A stretch of DNA of 64,000 nt from an uncultured Alphaproteobacteria bacterium (lineage in GTDB: Bacteria; Pseudomonadota; Alphaproteobacteria; Parvibaculales; Parvibaculaceae): the NCBI GenBank assembly GCA_903889655.1, contig CAISYL010000199.1, positions 22,966 through 86,965 on the forward strand. The letters are read 5' to 3'. Position numbers and translations under genes: made by a program. A model generated the notes under the pieces. The model searched no databases. It was not told the DNA's origin and saw nothing but the letters and a program-made list of their open reading frames with translations. Positions 29,382-38,342 of this stretch are shown piece by piece (the stretch's first letter is position 1; each line of letters begins with the position of its first letter).

Positions 29382-30170
29382 TTAGCGGAATAATGGTTCC
29401 CGGCGCTCCCGGAACGCCGCCAGACCTTCCGAAACATTTTCGCTCATTAGCGCGTCCACGACCACGCTCCGTTCCATATCCAGACCTTCCTGGAGTGATC
29501 CATCGAGCCCGTTCCTGCAAAGCTGCTTCATGGCGGCAAGGCCTTCCGGATTCTTTTTGGCGAGATCGGCGCAATAGGCTTCCGCCTCTCCGACAAGCGC
29601 GCCGTCGTCAACGACATTGTTCACAAGCCCCCAAGCCAGCGCCTCATCCGCCTTGAGCCATCGGCCGCTGAACATCAGATCAAGGGCACGCCGCGAACCG
29701 ACGATGCGCGCGAGACGCTGCGTGCCGCCCCAACCCGGCACGAGACCGTAGCGAGCATGCTGGCATCCCACCTGCGCTGACTGACCAGCAAAAACCACGT
29801 CACATGCCATCATCAATTCAAGCCCGCCCGCAAGACACAGACCGTTCACCGCGGCAACAATCGGCAAAGGCGAGACTTCAAGACGGCGCAGGAGGAGATG
29901 ACCGCCCGTGATAAACGCGCCCAGCCGACCCCGCTCCTTGCGGGCGTCGAGCACCTCGTCGAGATCGGCGCCGGTGCAGAAATGCTTTCCACGCGCGAGC
30001 AACAGAACGGCACGAACCTTCCTGTCGCCCTCGAACCGTACGAGAGCCTCGTCGAGACCGGCCATGACGGCCGATGAGAGGCAATTGAACTTGTCAGGCC
30101 TGTTGAGCGCCACGATTCCGATGCCGTCTCGTATCTCGGTCTGAACCGCGGCTTCCGTGGCGCTGGTCAT
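29382..30170 (-). CDS. Enoyl-CoA hydratase (BadK-like position in a bad/ali-type module)
   Basis: VALNRPDKFNCL, ARGKHFCTGADLDE, LCLAGGLELMMACD. GAGGGAGG SD before the ATG at 30170. Confidence 0.8.
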   Translation of the reverse strand: MTSATEAAVQTEIRDGIGIVALNRPDKFNCLSSAVMAGLDEALVRFEGDRKVRAVLLLARGKHFCTGADLDEVLDARKERGRLGAFITGGHLLLRRLEVSPLPIVAAVNGLCLAGGLELMMACDVVFAGQSAQVGCQHARYGLVPGWGGTQRLARIVGSRRALDLMFSGRWLKADEALAWGLVNNVVDDGALVGEAEAYCADLAKKNPEGLAAMKQLCRNGLDGSLQEGLDMERSVVVDALMSENVSEGLAAFRERREPLFR

Positions 30171-30180
30171 GTAGCCTCCC

Positions 30181-31338
30181 TCACGCATAAGGCACGGCCA
30201 CTCGACCGACTTTCTCGCGCGAAATAATCATCTTCTGGATTTGCTCGGTACCGTCGCCGATCTGCAGCCCCATCACATCGCGTAATCTCTGCTGATGGGG
30301 CAGATCAGTGCTGTAACCGCCATGTCCGTGCGTGAGCAGGCAACGGTGGATGACCTGGAAAGCCGTTTTGGGCGCCCACCATTTGCACATCGCGGCTTCG
30401 GCGGTGTGCGGCAAATCATTGTCGCGAAGCCAAAGGGTCTTGTAGCAAAGCAGACGCGCTGCCTCGAGCAACGTCTGAGCTTCGGCCAACGGTTCCGTGA
30501 CGCCCTGATATTTAGCCAGCGGATTGCCGAAGGCTACGCGCTCGGTCACATATTTCCAAGTCTCTTCCAGCGACGCGAAGGCGGGAGCCAGACATTGCAG
30601 GCCGATCAGCGCACGGGAATAGTCGAACCCCTGCATCACCTGCCGGAAGCCCTCCCCCTTCGTGCCGACCATATGCCGCGCCGGCACCTTCACATTATCG
30701 AAGAATACCGAGCCGCGGCCAACAGCCTTCGAACCCACATCGTCGAAACTCGAACAGGTGATACCCGGCGCGTCGAGCGGCACCAGAAAGGCCGAAACGC
30801 CGCCAGCGCCGGGATTGTTTTCATCCGTACGCGCGAGCACGAGAATGTAATCGGCCTGCTCGGCCATCGAGATCGAGGTTTTCTCGCCCGACAGGACGTA
30901 GCCGTCGCCGTCGGCGCGCGCCTTCGTCTGCAGATGCGCCGCGTCGGAGCCGCCTCGCGGCTCCGTCAGACCGAGCGCGACGATCGCCTCGCCCGAGCAC
31001 ATCCGCGGAACGATTTCATCGGCGACTTCAGGTCTTGCATGCGCGGCGACGATCGATCCCATCAAGGAGCCGAGGAGCTGCACGTAACCGACGCTGATGT
31101 CACCGCGTGATATTTCCTCGATGATGATGCCGGTCGTGACGCTATCGAGTCCGGGAGCACCGAATTTTTCGGGCAAATCGGCGCCGATCAGACCAAGCTC
31201 GCCCATATCCCGGACGAGCTGCCTGTCGATCGCCCCGGCGGTCTCGCGCACCTTGTAGGCGGGCGCGAGCCGCTCGCGCGCAAATCGTGCCGCAGTGTCG
31301 CGAATGGCTTGCTGGTCCGACGTAAATGCAAAGTTCAA
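30181..31338 (-). CDS. Acyl-CoA dehydrogenase (AliB/BadJ-like position)
   Basis: 385 aa. GLTEPRGGSDAA, C-terminal IGDGTEQIQ. Apparent TTG start giving MNFAFTSDQQAIRD. Confidence 0.85.
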   Translation of the reverse strand: MNFAFTSDQQAIRDTAARFARERLAPAYKVRETAGAIDRQLVRDMGELGLIGADLPEKFGAPGLDSVTTGIIIEEISRGDISVGYVQLLGSLMGSIVAAHARPEVADEIVPRMCSGEAIVALGLTEPRGGSDAAHLQTKARADGDGYVLSGEKTSISMAEQADYILVLARTDENNPGAGGVSAFLVPLDAPGITCSSFDDVGSKAVGRGSVFFDNVKVPARHMVGTKGEGFRQVMQGFDYSRALIGLQCLAPAFASLEETWKYVTERVAFGNPLAKYQGVTEPLAEAQTLLEAARLLCYKTLWLRDNDLPHTAEAAMCKWWAPKTAFQVIHRCLLTHGHGGYSTDLPHQQRLRDVMGLQIGDGTEQIQKMIISREKVGRVAVPYA

Positions 31339-31346
31339 GATGCGAC

Positions 31347-32138
31347 CTATTTCAAATGCTTGCGGAATTCCGGCTTGCGCTTTTCATTGAGCGCCTTGAC
31401 GCCCTCTTTCGACTCCGCCGAGTTGTAATAGAGACGGAGTGCCTGCATGCCGAGACCGCCAATGCCGCGAATATTGTCGCTGTCGGCGTTGAATGATCTC
31501 TTGGCGATTGCGATCGCCGTCGGACTGCGCTCGACAAGCTCGGCGCACCAGGCATCCACTTCCTCGTCCAGCTTGTCGTCGGAAACGACCGCGTTGGCGA
31601 GCCCCATCGCCAGCGCCTCGCGCGCCGGGTAACGCCGGCACATGTACCAGATTTCACGCGCCTTCTTCTCCCCGACCACGCGGGCGAGATAGGCGGTGCC
31701 GAAGCCCGGATCGACGGAACCCATCTTGGGACCCACCTGGCCGAAGATTGCGCTCTCGCCCGCGATCGTCATGTCGCACAACGTCGCCAGAACATTGCCG
31801 CCGCCGATGGCGTAGCCTCGCACCTTCGCGATCACCGGCTTGGGCACGTCGCGTATGACCGTGTGCAACTCCTCGACCGGCATGCCGATCGTTCCGCGCG
31901 TCTCGCCGTCGCCATAGGTGCCGTCGTGATCCGATTGATCGCCGCCGGTGCAAAACGCCTTGTTGCCCGCCCCGGTTAATACAATCGCGCCGATTTCCTC
32001 GTTCCAGCCCGCTCTCTGGAATGCGTCGATCAGTTCAACGCAGGTGCGGGGGCGGAACGCGTTATAAACCTTCGGACGGTTGATCGTAATGGTCGCGACG
32101 CCGTTTTTCTCGTCGTACAGGATGTCTTCGTAGTCCAT
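31347..32138 (-). CDS. badI: MenB/BadI-type crotonase: 2-ketocyclohexanecarboxyl-CoA hydrolase-like ring-opening enzyme
   Basis: 263 aa. TGAGNKAFCTGGDQS, GYAIGGGNVLATLCD, GPKMGSVDPGFGTAYLARVVGEKKAREIWYMCRRY, C-terminal EKRKPEFRK. Closely resembles BadI as remembered. Confidence 0.85.
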   Translation of the reverse strand: MDYEDILYDEKNGVATITINRPKVYNAFRPRTCVELIDAFQRAGWNEEIGAIVLTGAGNKAFCTGGDQSDHDGTYGDGETRGTIGMPVEELHTVIRDVPKPVIAKVRGYAIGGGNVLATLCDMTIAGESAIFGQVGPKMGSVDPGFGTAYLARVVGEKKAREIWYMCRRYPAREALAMGLANAVVSDDKLDEEVDAWCAELVERSPTAIAIAKRSFNADSDNIRGIGGLGMQALRLYYNSAESKEGVKALNEKRKPEFRKHLK

Positions 32139-32149
32139 GAAAATCTCCG

Positions 32150-32911
32150 TCAGCCGTGCATGGAAAGACCGCCAGAGACGCTGATCGTCTGGCCGGTGAT
32201 GAAACCCGCATCGTCGCTCAGAAAAAATGCGACCATACCCGGATAATCGTCGGGTTGCGCCAGGCGGCGCATCGGGATCGCCTTGGTGAGCGCCTCGGTC
32301 AAACGTCCGCCGCCCGACGCATCCACGGAAGCGAGCAGCGGCGTGTCGGTTGGACCCGGACATATTGTATTGAACGTGACACCCTTCCTGGCGAATTCTC
32401 GCGCCATTGTCTTCATGAAGGCGATGACGCCGCCCTTGGCCGCGGAATAGACTGCCTCGCCGGAAGAGCCAACACGGCCCGCATCCGACGAGATACTGAC
32501 GATCCGACCGGCACCGTGCCCAGCAAGCTTGCGTGCGACGACATGGGTGAGGTTAAGCGGCCCGTAAAGATTGATATCGATCACTTTTTTCCAGAAATCG
32601 GGCTCTGTCTGGATAAAGGGTTTAGCCTCGTCCCATCCGGCATTGTTCACCAGCCCATACACCGGACCAGCGGCTTCCTCAAATGCATCGACTGCCCTTG
32701 ACACGGTCGCATAGTCAACGATGTCGACCTTATAAGCCCAGGCTGCGCCGCCCTTTTTACGAATTGCTTCAGCGGTGGCCTCGGCGCCCTTCTCGTTCAT
32801 GTCGAAGATAGCAACTTTGGCGCCCTCCTCGCCAAGCCTTAGCGCAATTGCTTTTCCGATACCGCTCGCGCCGCCGGTGATGATGACCGGTTTCAGATCG
32901 AGTCCTCGCAT
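32150..32911 (-). CDS. badH: SDR: 2-hydroxycyclohexanecarboxyl-CoA dehydrogenase-like
   Basis: ITGGASGIGKA, VNNAGWDEAKPF, SSDAGRVGSSGEAVYSAAKGG, ICPGPTDTPLL. BadH-like throughout. GGAGGAGGGA SD before the ATG at 32911. Confidence 0.85.
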   Translation of the reverse strand: MRGLDLKPVIITGGASGIGKAIALRLGEEGAKVAIFDMNEKGAEATAEAIRKKGGAAWAYKVDIVDYATVSRAVDAFEEAAGPVYGLVNNAGWDEAKPFIQTEPDFWKKVIDINLYGPLNLTHVVARKLAGHGAGRIVSISSDAGRVGSSGEAVYSAAKGGVIAFMKTMAREFARKGVTFNTICPGPTDTPLLASVDASGGGRLTEALTKAIPMRRLAQPDDYPGMVAFFLSDDAGFITGQTISVSGGLSMHG

Positions 32912-32942
32912 GTTTCCCTCCTCCATCACCGCGACGCGTCAG

Positions 32943-32959
32943 ACATAAATTTATTATGT
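32943..32959. promoter_or_regulatory. Inverted repeat in the badH/tetR divergent region (operator candidate)
   Basis: ACATAA-ATTTA-TTATGT lies 32-48 nt upstream of the badH start and 120 nt upstream of the tetR start. Confidence 0.3.
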
Positions 32960-33078
32960 CATGGCAACGGCAGTGCATTTTTTCTAACACTAGTTCGTTC
33001 TCAAATGGGGTGCAATATGTTTCGAACGCATGTTAGATTTTAGACCATTGCCACCAAACAAGCCTTGATGGAGCATTC

Positions 33079-33714
33079 GTGACGACCGAGCAAAGTAAAT
33101 CCGACATAAGCCGCGCGAGAATACTGGACGCCGCCGCAAAGACGTTTCGTCAAAAAGGCTATGCGGCGACGACCTTGATCGAAATCGCCAGAGCCGCCGA
33201 TATGCAGGCGGGAAGCCTCTATTACCATTTCGGTTCGAAGGACGAGCTCCTTGAAGAAGTTCTAGACATTGGCATGAGGCGAGTTCACGAAGCTGTCGAG
33301 GAAAGCCAAGAACACCTACCCCCAGGCTCATCGCACCGCGACCGAATTCGCGCTGCCGTCGAAGCGCATCTCACCACGCTGCTGAAACTTGACGACTATA
33401 CATCCGCGAATATTCGCATCTTCGGACAGATCCCCGAAGACGTGCGGCGACGCCACATCAGGCTGCGTGACGCCTACGCCGAACTCTGGCGGCGCATACT
33501 TGCCAAAGCTCAGAAGTCGAGGGCGCTACGCAGCGACATCGACCTTGGTCTCGTGCGCATGCTGCTCATGGGTGCGCTCAACTGGTCGGTCGAATGGTAC
33601 CAGCCGGGCAGGACGTCCATACAGACGATGGCAGACCATATGTGTCTAATGCTGTTCAGCGGAATCGGAATAGACAAACCCGCGCGAAGCAGTGAAGACG
33701 AAACTGTTGCGTGA
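33079..33714 (+). CDS. TetR/AcrR-family transcriptional regulator
   Basis: ILDAAAKTFRQKGYAATTLIEIARAADMQAGSLYYHFGSKDELL. GTG start at 33079. Confidence 0.85.
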   Translation: MTTEQSKSDISRARILDAAAKTFRQKGYAATTLIEIARAADMQAGSLYYHFGSKDELLEEVLDIGMRRVHEAVEESQEHLPPGSSHRDRIRAAVEAHLTTLLKLDDYTSANIRIFGQIPEDVRRRHIRLRDAYAELWRRILAKAQKSRALRSDIDLGLVRMLLMGALNWSVEWYQPGRTSIQTMADHMCLMLFSGIGIDKPARSSEDETVA

Positions 33715-33739
33715 CAGGAATTTTCGAGGAGCGACGCAC

Positions 33740-34606
33740 ATGGAAGTCCAAAACACCCATTTCGGTTTTTCCGATGATGAACTGAAGGCTCTGCCCTCGG
33801 TCTATCGCGCAGATCTCTTCTCCGGAAAAACGGTAGTGGTTTCTGGCGGCGGAAGCGGCTTCGGCAAGGCCATAGCCTGCCTCTTTGCGCGGCTGGGCGC
33901 AAACGTCGCTATATGTGGACGCAACGAAGAAAAGCTTGCCGCGACGGTCGCGCTTTTGGAAAGCATGGGTGCTCGCGTTTTCAGCGCCTCGCTAACCATA
34001 CGGGATCCTGATCAGGTCAACCGCTTCATCGACGATGTCTGGAACAAGTTCGGCGCGCTCGACGTTCTCGTAAACAATGCCGGCGGCCAGTTTCCGCAAA
34101 TGGCTCTCGACTTCAAGGTCAAGGGATGGAATGCCGTCATCGACACGAACCTCAACGGTTCCTGGTACATGATGCAAAGCGCCGCGCGGCAATGGGTCGA
34201 AAGAAAAAGCCCCGGTTCGATCGTGAATATCGTCGCCGACATCTGGCGCGGAATGCCCGGCATCGCGCACACCTGCGCGGCGCGCGCGGGTGTTATCTAC
34301 CTCTCCAAATCGGTCGCGGTCGAATGGGCTCCCTATCGCATCCGCGTCAACTGCGTCGCGCCTGGCGTCTGTGAGACGAGCGGCTTCGTGCAATATCCTC
34401 CCGAAGGCCTGAAGACTTATCCGGAATCGAACCCCATGCTGCGCGTTGGGGACGCTCATGATATAGCGGAGGCGGTCGCTTACCTCGCAGCGCCCAGCGG
34501 TAAATTCATCACCGGTGAAGTGCTTACAGTCGATGGCGGCGAACAGCTTTGGGGCGATCCGTGGCCTCCCGGGCGGCCGGATTATTTCCAGTCGAGGAGA
34601 ATTTAA
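33740..34606 (+). CDS. SDR-family oxidoreductase (2,4-dienoyl-CoA / trans-2-enoyl-CoA reductase-like)
   Basis: VVSGGGSGFGKA, LVNNAGGQF, active-site region CAARAGV. Start at 33740 (GAGGAG SD). Confidence 0.8.
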   Translation: MEVQNTHFGFSDDELKALPSVYRADLFSGKTVVVSGGGSGFGKAIACLFARLGANVAICGRNEEKLAATVALLESMGARVFSASLTIRDPDQVNRFIDDVWNKFGALDVLVNNAGGQFPQMALDFKVKGWNAVIDTNLNGSWYMMQSAARQWVERKSPGSIVNIVADIWRGMPGIAHTCAARAGVIYLSKSVAVEWAPYRIRVNCVAPGVCETSGFVQYPPEGLKTYPESNPMLRVGDAHDIAEAVAYLAAPSGKFITGEVLTVDGGEQLWGDPWPPGRPDYFQSRRI

Positions 34607-34647
34607 GGATTCCTGACAGGCTTGCACAAAAAAGGGGGGAGACGACG

Positions 34648-36288
34648 ATGTTCAATCCAATTCTGCCCGACGAACGCGTGAAGGCAATGAATATCGGCGG
34701 ATTTTGGCCGGGCAAGCTCACCACCGACTATCTGGACCGCTGCATCGCTGAAGCGCCGGACAAGACAGCGATCGCCGATTTTAATTCAACGACAAACAAG
34801 GAAACCCGCCTCAACTATCGCGACTTCGGAAAGATCGTCGATCGCATCGCCATCGGCCTCGCGGAGCTCGGTGTGGGAAAAGGCGATGTCGTGTCCTGCC
34901 AGCTGCCGAACTGGTGGCAGTTCACCGCGCTACATCTGGCTTGCGTGCGGATCGGCGCCGTGACCAATCCATTAATGCCGATTTTTCGCGAACGCGAACT
35001 GTCCTTCATGCTGGGCCTTGCGGAAAGCAAGGTGCTCGTCGTCCCGCGCGCCTTTCGCGGCTGCGATTACCCTGCCATGGTGACCAACATCCGGGCCAGC
35101 CTGCCGTGGCTAAAGCATGTGCTCATCATCGGCGGCGATGGTGAAACCGGCTTTGAGAAAGTCCTTCTCGATACGCCGTGGGAGCAGCGGCGCGACGCCG
35201 GCCGTCTCTTCGCGGCGCGACGGCCAGATCCCGACGACGTGGTGCAATTGATGTATACGTCCGGCACGACCGGCGAGCCGAAAGGCGTCATGCATACGTC
35301 GAACACGCTGCACTCCAATATCCTCATCTGTGCCGAGCGCCTCGGGCTTGGCGCGGACGACGTGATGTTCATGGCATCGCCGATGGCGCACCAGACCGGC
35401 TTCATGTACGGACTGGTAATGCCCGTTCTGGTCGGAGCGACCGCCATTCTGCAGGATGTGTGGGAGCCGAAGCGCGCCTCTGCCTCGATCGCCCGGGAAG
35501 GCATCACCTTCACCATGGCGTCCACGCCATTTCTGTCCGATTTGACCGAAACGGTAGCGGCGGACAAGAGCGACGTATCCCGTTTGCGCATCTTTCTGGT
35601 GGCTGGCGCTCCCATCCCCCGCGCGCTTGTCGAGCAGGCGCGACAAATCCTCGGGACGAATATCGTGTCGGCCTGGGGTATGACCGAGAACGGTCTGGTG
35701 ACAACGACCTACCTCGACGATCCGGACGACAAGGCGATCAATACCGACGGACGCGCGCTGCCCGGTATGGAAGTCCAGGTGGTCGACAGCAATAACAGGC
35801 CCCTGCCCGCCGGCGAAGAGGGCATGCTCATGGCGCGCGCCTGTTCGACTTTTGTCGGTTATCTCAAAAGACCGGACTGGTACAATCACGACGCGGAGGG
35901 CTGGTTCGATACAGGCGACCTCGCGCGCATCGACGGCGAGGGCTATATCCGGCTGACCGGACGCTCCAAGGACGTCATCATCCGCGGCGGCGAGAATATT
36001 CCCGTGGTCGAGATCGAAGGCCTGCTCTTCCGTCATCCCGACATTCAGGATGTGGCGATTGTCGGCGTACCGGATGAACGGCTGGGCGAACGGGCATGTG
36101 CGTTCATCGTGCCGAAGCCCGGCCGCGAGGTTGGCTTGCGCGAGGTGGTCGCCTTTCTCGAAGAGCACAGGATGGCGAGGCAATATCTGCCGGAACGGGT
36201 GAAAATCGTCGGCGAACTGCCTCGAACACCGAGCGGCAAGGTGCAGAAGTTCAAACTGCGCGAGATCGCCGTCGCCCTGCCCGCCTGA
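34648..36288 (+). CDS. aliA: AMP-forming acyl-CoA ligase, cyclohexanecarboxylate-CoA ligase (AliA)-like
   Basis: QLPNWWQFTALHLACVRIGAVTNPLMPIFRERELSFML, YTSGTTGEPKGV, C-terminal PRTPSGKVQKFKLR. GGGGGAGA SD before the ATG at 34648. Confidence 0.8.
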   Translation: MFNPILPDERVKAMNIGGFWPGKLTTDYLDRCIAEAPDKTAIADFNSTTNKETRLNYRDFGKIVDRIAIGLAELGVGKGDVVSCQLPNWWQFTALHLACVRIGAVTNPLMPIFRERELSFMLGLAESKVLVVPRAFRGCDYPAMVTNIRASLPWLKHVLIIGGDGETGFEKVLLDTPWEQRRDAGRLFAARRPDPDDVVQLMYTSGTTGEPKGVMHTSNTLHSNILICAERLGLGADDVMFMASPMAHQTGFMYGLVMPVLVGATAILQDVWEPKRASASIAREGITFTMASTPFLSDLTETVAADKSDVSRLRIFLVAGAPIPRALVEQARQILGTNIVSAWGMTENGLVTTTYLDDPDDKAINTDGRALPGMEVQVVDSNNRPLPAGEEGMLMARACSTFVGYLKRPDWYNHDAEGWFDTGDLARIDGEGYIRLTGRSKDVIIRGGENIPVVEIEGLLFRHPDIQDVAIVGVPDERLGERACAFIVPKPGREVGLREVVAFLEEHRMARQYLPERVKIVGELPRTPSGKVQKFKLREIAVALPA

Positions 36289-36388
36289 CATTCCACAGGC
36301 AGCCGATGGCGGAAGGCCTGCAACAAGCGTGTGACGGACTGTTCGGAAAGTTCCTGCCGACCCCGCATCGCCGCCCGAAGAATGCAAC

Positions 36389-36417
36389 CTGACAAGCCAC
36401 GGGAATATGCTTATAAT
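36389..36417 (+). promoter_or_regulatory. Near-consensus sigma70 promoter for CYP153 copy 3
   Basis: CTGACA-N17-TATAAT, 86 nt upstream of the ATG at 36503. Confidence 0.5.
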
Positions 36418-36502
36418 AAATTGAGGGGAGCCAAGGTCGGCCAACCGGCATCCCATATGTCACGCATTCGCAGGCTTCTGGAAACGCAATGGAGACGCCA
36501 TC

Positions 36503-37768
36503 ATGAGTGAAACCCTGGTTGCCGCGCGAGACAAGTCGATTGCAGACGCCTACGCGATCCCGCTTGAAAAGATCGACGTCAGCAATCCGGAACTCTTCAG
36601 GGCGAATGCGATCTGGCCGTATTTCGAGCGGCTGCGCCGCGAAGATCCGGTCCATTACTGCAAGGACAGCGAATACGGCCCGTTCTGGTCGGTGACAAAA
36701 TACAAAGACATCATGCATGTCGACACCAACCACGGCATCTATTCGTCCGAAGCGACCTTGGGCGGCGTCGCCCTTCGCAATCAGGAAGAAGGTTTCTTCC
36801 TGCCCATGTTCATCATGATGGACCCACCGAAGCATGACGCGCAGCGCAAGGTCGTAAGCCCCATCGTCGCACCCGGCAATCTGGCGAAACTTGAAAGCAC
36901 GATCCGTGAGCGCGCCGGCGCGATTCTCGATTCGCTGCCGATCAACGAGACATTTAACTGGGTGGACCGCGTGTCGATCGAGCTGACGACGCAGATGCTC
37001 GCCACTCTTTTCGATTTCCCTTGGGAAGAGCGCCGGAAGCTCACCCGCTGGTCGGATGTCGCCACCGCCGGCACCGCCTTCGGCGACGAGGAGGCCGAGA
37101 AGGCCCGCAGGAATGAATTGCGCGATTGCGCCGCCTACTTCACCGAGTTGTGGAATCAGCGCGTCAACGCGACCGAGCCAGGCAACGATCTCATCACCAT
37201 GCTGGCCCAGGGCGAAGCGACGAAAAACATGGGGCCGATGGAGTATCTGGGGAATATTCTTCTCCTGATCGTCGGCGGTAACGATACGACCCGCAACTCG
37301 CTCACCGGCGGCTTGCTGGCACTGAACCAGAACCCGGATCAATACAAGAAGCTGCGGGACAACCCGGCGCTCGTCGAATCCATGGTACCCGAAATCATCC
37401 GTTGGCAGACACCCTTGTCGCATATGCGCCGTACCGCGCTTCAGGATACGGAACTTGGCGGCAAGCAGATCAAGAAGGGCGACAAAGTCGTCATGTGGTA
37501 CGTCTCTGGCAACCGGGACGAGGAGGCAATCGAAAACGCCAACAGCTTCATCATCGACCGCAAGCGTCCCCGCCAGCACCTGTCCTTCGGCTTCGGCATC
37601 CATCGCTGCGTCGGTAACCGGCTGGCGGAAATGCAGATTCGCGTCGTCTGGGAGGAAATACTGAAACGCTGGCCCGACAAGCCGATCAAAGTGGTCGGCG
37701 AACCCGAGAGGGTTTTTTCAAATCTGATCAATGGCTACTCGAGCATGCCGGTCAGAATTCCAGGCTGA
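36503..37768 (+). CDS. Cytochrome P450, CYP153 family (copy 3)
   Basis: 421 aa. Same motifs as copy 2 (LLIVGGNDTTRNS, HLSFGFGIHRCVGNRLAE, WPDKPIKVVGEP). Roughly four-fifths of residues identical to copy 2 by eye. Confidence 0.9.
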   Translation: MSETLVAARDKSIADAYAIPLEKIDVSNPELFRANAIWPYFERLRREDPVHYCKDSEYGPFWSVTKYKDIMHVDTNHGIYSSEATLGGVALRNQEEGFFLPMFIMMDPPKHDAQRKVVSPIVAPGNLAKLESTIRERAGAILDSLPINETFNWVDRVSIELTTQMLATLFDFPWEERRKLTRWSDVATAGTAFGDEEAEKARRNELRDCAAYFTELWNQRVNATEPGNDLITMLAQGEATKNMGPMEYLGNILLLIVGGNDTTRNSLTGGLLALNQNPDQYKKLRDNPALVESMVPEIIRWQTPLSHMRRTALQDTELGGKQIKKGDKVVMWYVSGNRDEEAIENANSFIIDRKRPRQHLSFGFGIHRCVGNRLAEMQIRVVWEEILKRWPDKPIKVVGEPERVFSNLINGYSSMPVRIPG

Positions 37769-37856
37769 AGCAAAACACCGGAACGCATTTTCCGGCATCA
37801 GTCACAGGATGTCGCGGGCGGGGCCGTGTCGCCGCCGCTACCTGCAAGGAGAGGGC

Positions 37857-38324
37857 ATGCGAAAGATAGGCCTCGGCATGTGCTGGAACGACCTCACGGT
37901 CGGCGAGAAATTCCGCACCGTCGGTCAGACGATCACCGAAACCGACCTGGTCAATTTCATCAACACGACAGGCATGGTAGAAGTGCTCTTCACCGATGTC
38001 GAATATCTCAAGGCCCACGGCCCCATGAACGGCCGCGTGGTGCCCGGCGCGCTGGTCTATTGCATGGCCGAAGGTTTGCTCGTCCAGTCGATGATGCAGG
38101 AGACGGGCCTCGCCTTTCTGCACATGGAGTTCAACGTCAAGGGACCTACCTTTGTCGGCGACACAATTCATGTAGAATGCGAAGTGCTTCAGGCGCGACT
38201 GACATCCAAGGGGCGCGGTCTGGTGCGCACCCGCAACCGGATCGTGACCCAACGGAACGAAACGGTGATCGAATATACGCCATTGCGAATGATGGCCGGC
38301 CGTTCCGACGCCTCCCAAACATAA
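37857..38324 (+). CDS. MaoC-like (R)-specific enoyl-CoA hydratase/dehydratase (hotdog fold)
   Basis: 155 aa. LTVGEKFRTVGQTITETDLVNFINTTGM... AAGGAGAG SD before the ATG at 37857. Confidence 0.8.
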   Translation: MRKIGLGMCWNDLTVGEKFRTVGQTITETDLVNFINTTGMVEVLFTDVEYLKAHGPMNGRVVPGALVYCMAEGLLVQSMMQETGLAFLHMEFNVKGPTFVGDTIHVECEVLQARLTSKGRGLVRTRNRIVTQRNETVIEYTPLRMMAGRSDASQT

Positions 38325-38342
38325 AATCCGGCGTCCGGCTCG

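Noticed and set aside
35110-37603. 448-aa and 450-aa minus-strand ORFs (35110-36456, 36251-37603) opposite the CoA ligase and CYP153 copy 3
   Set aside because: Antisense shadow ORFs with no motifs. The plus-strand genes carry AMP-binding and P450 signatures.
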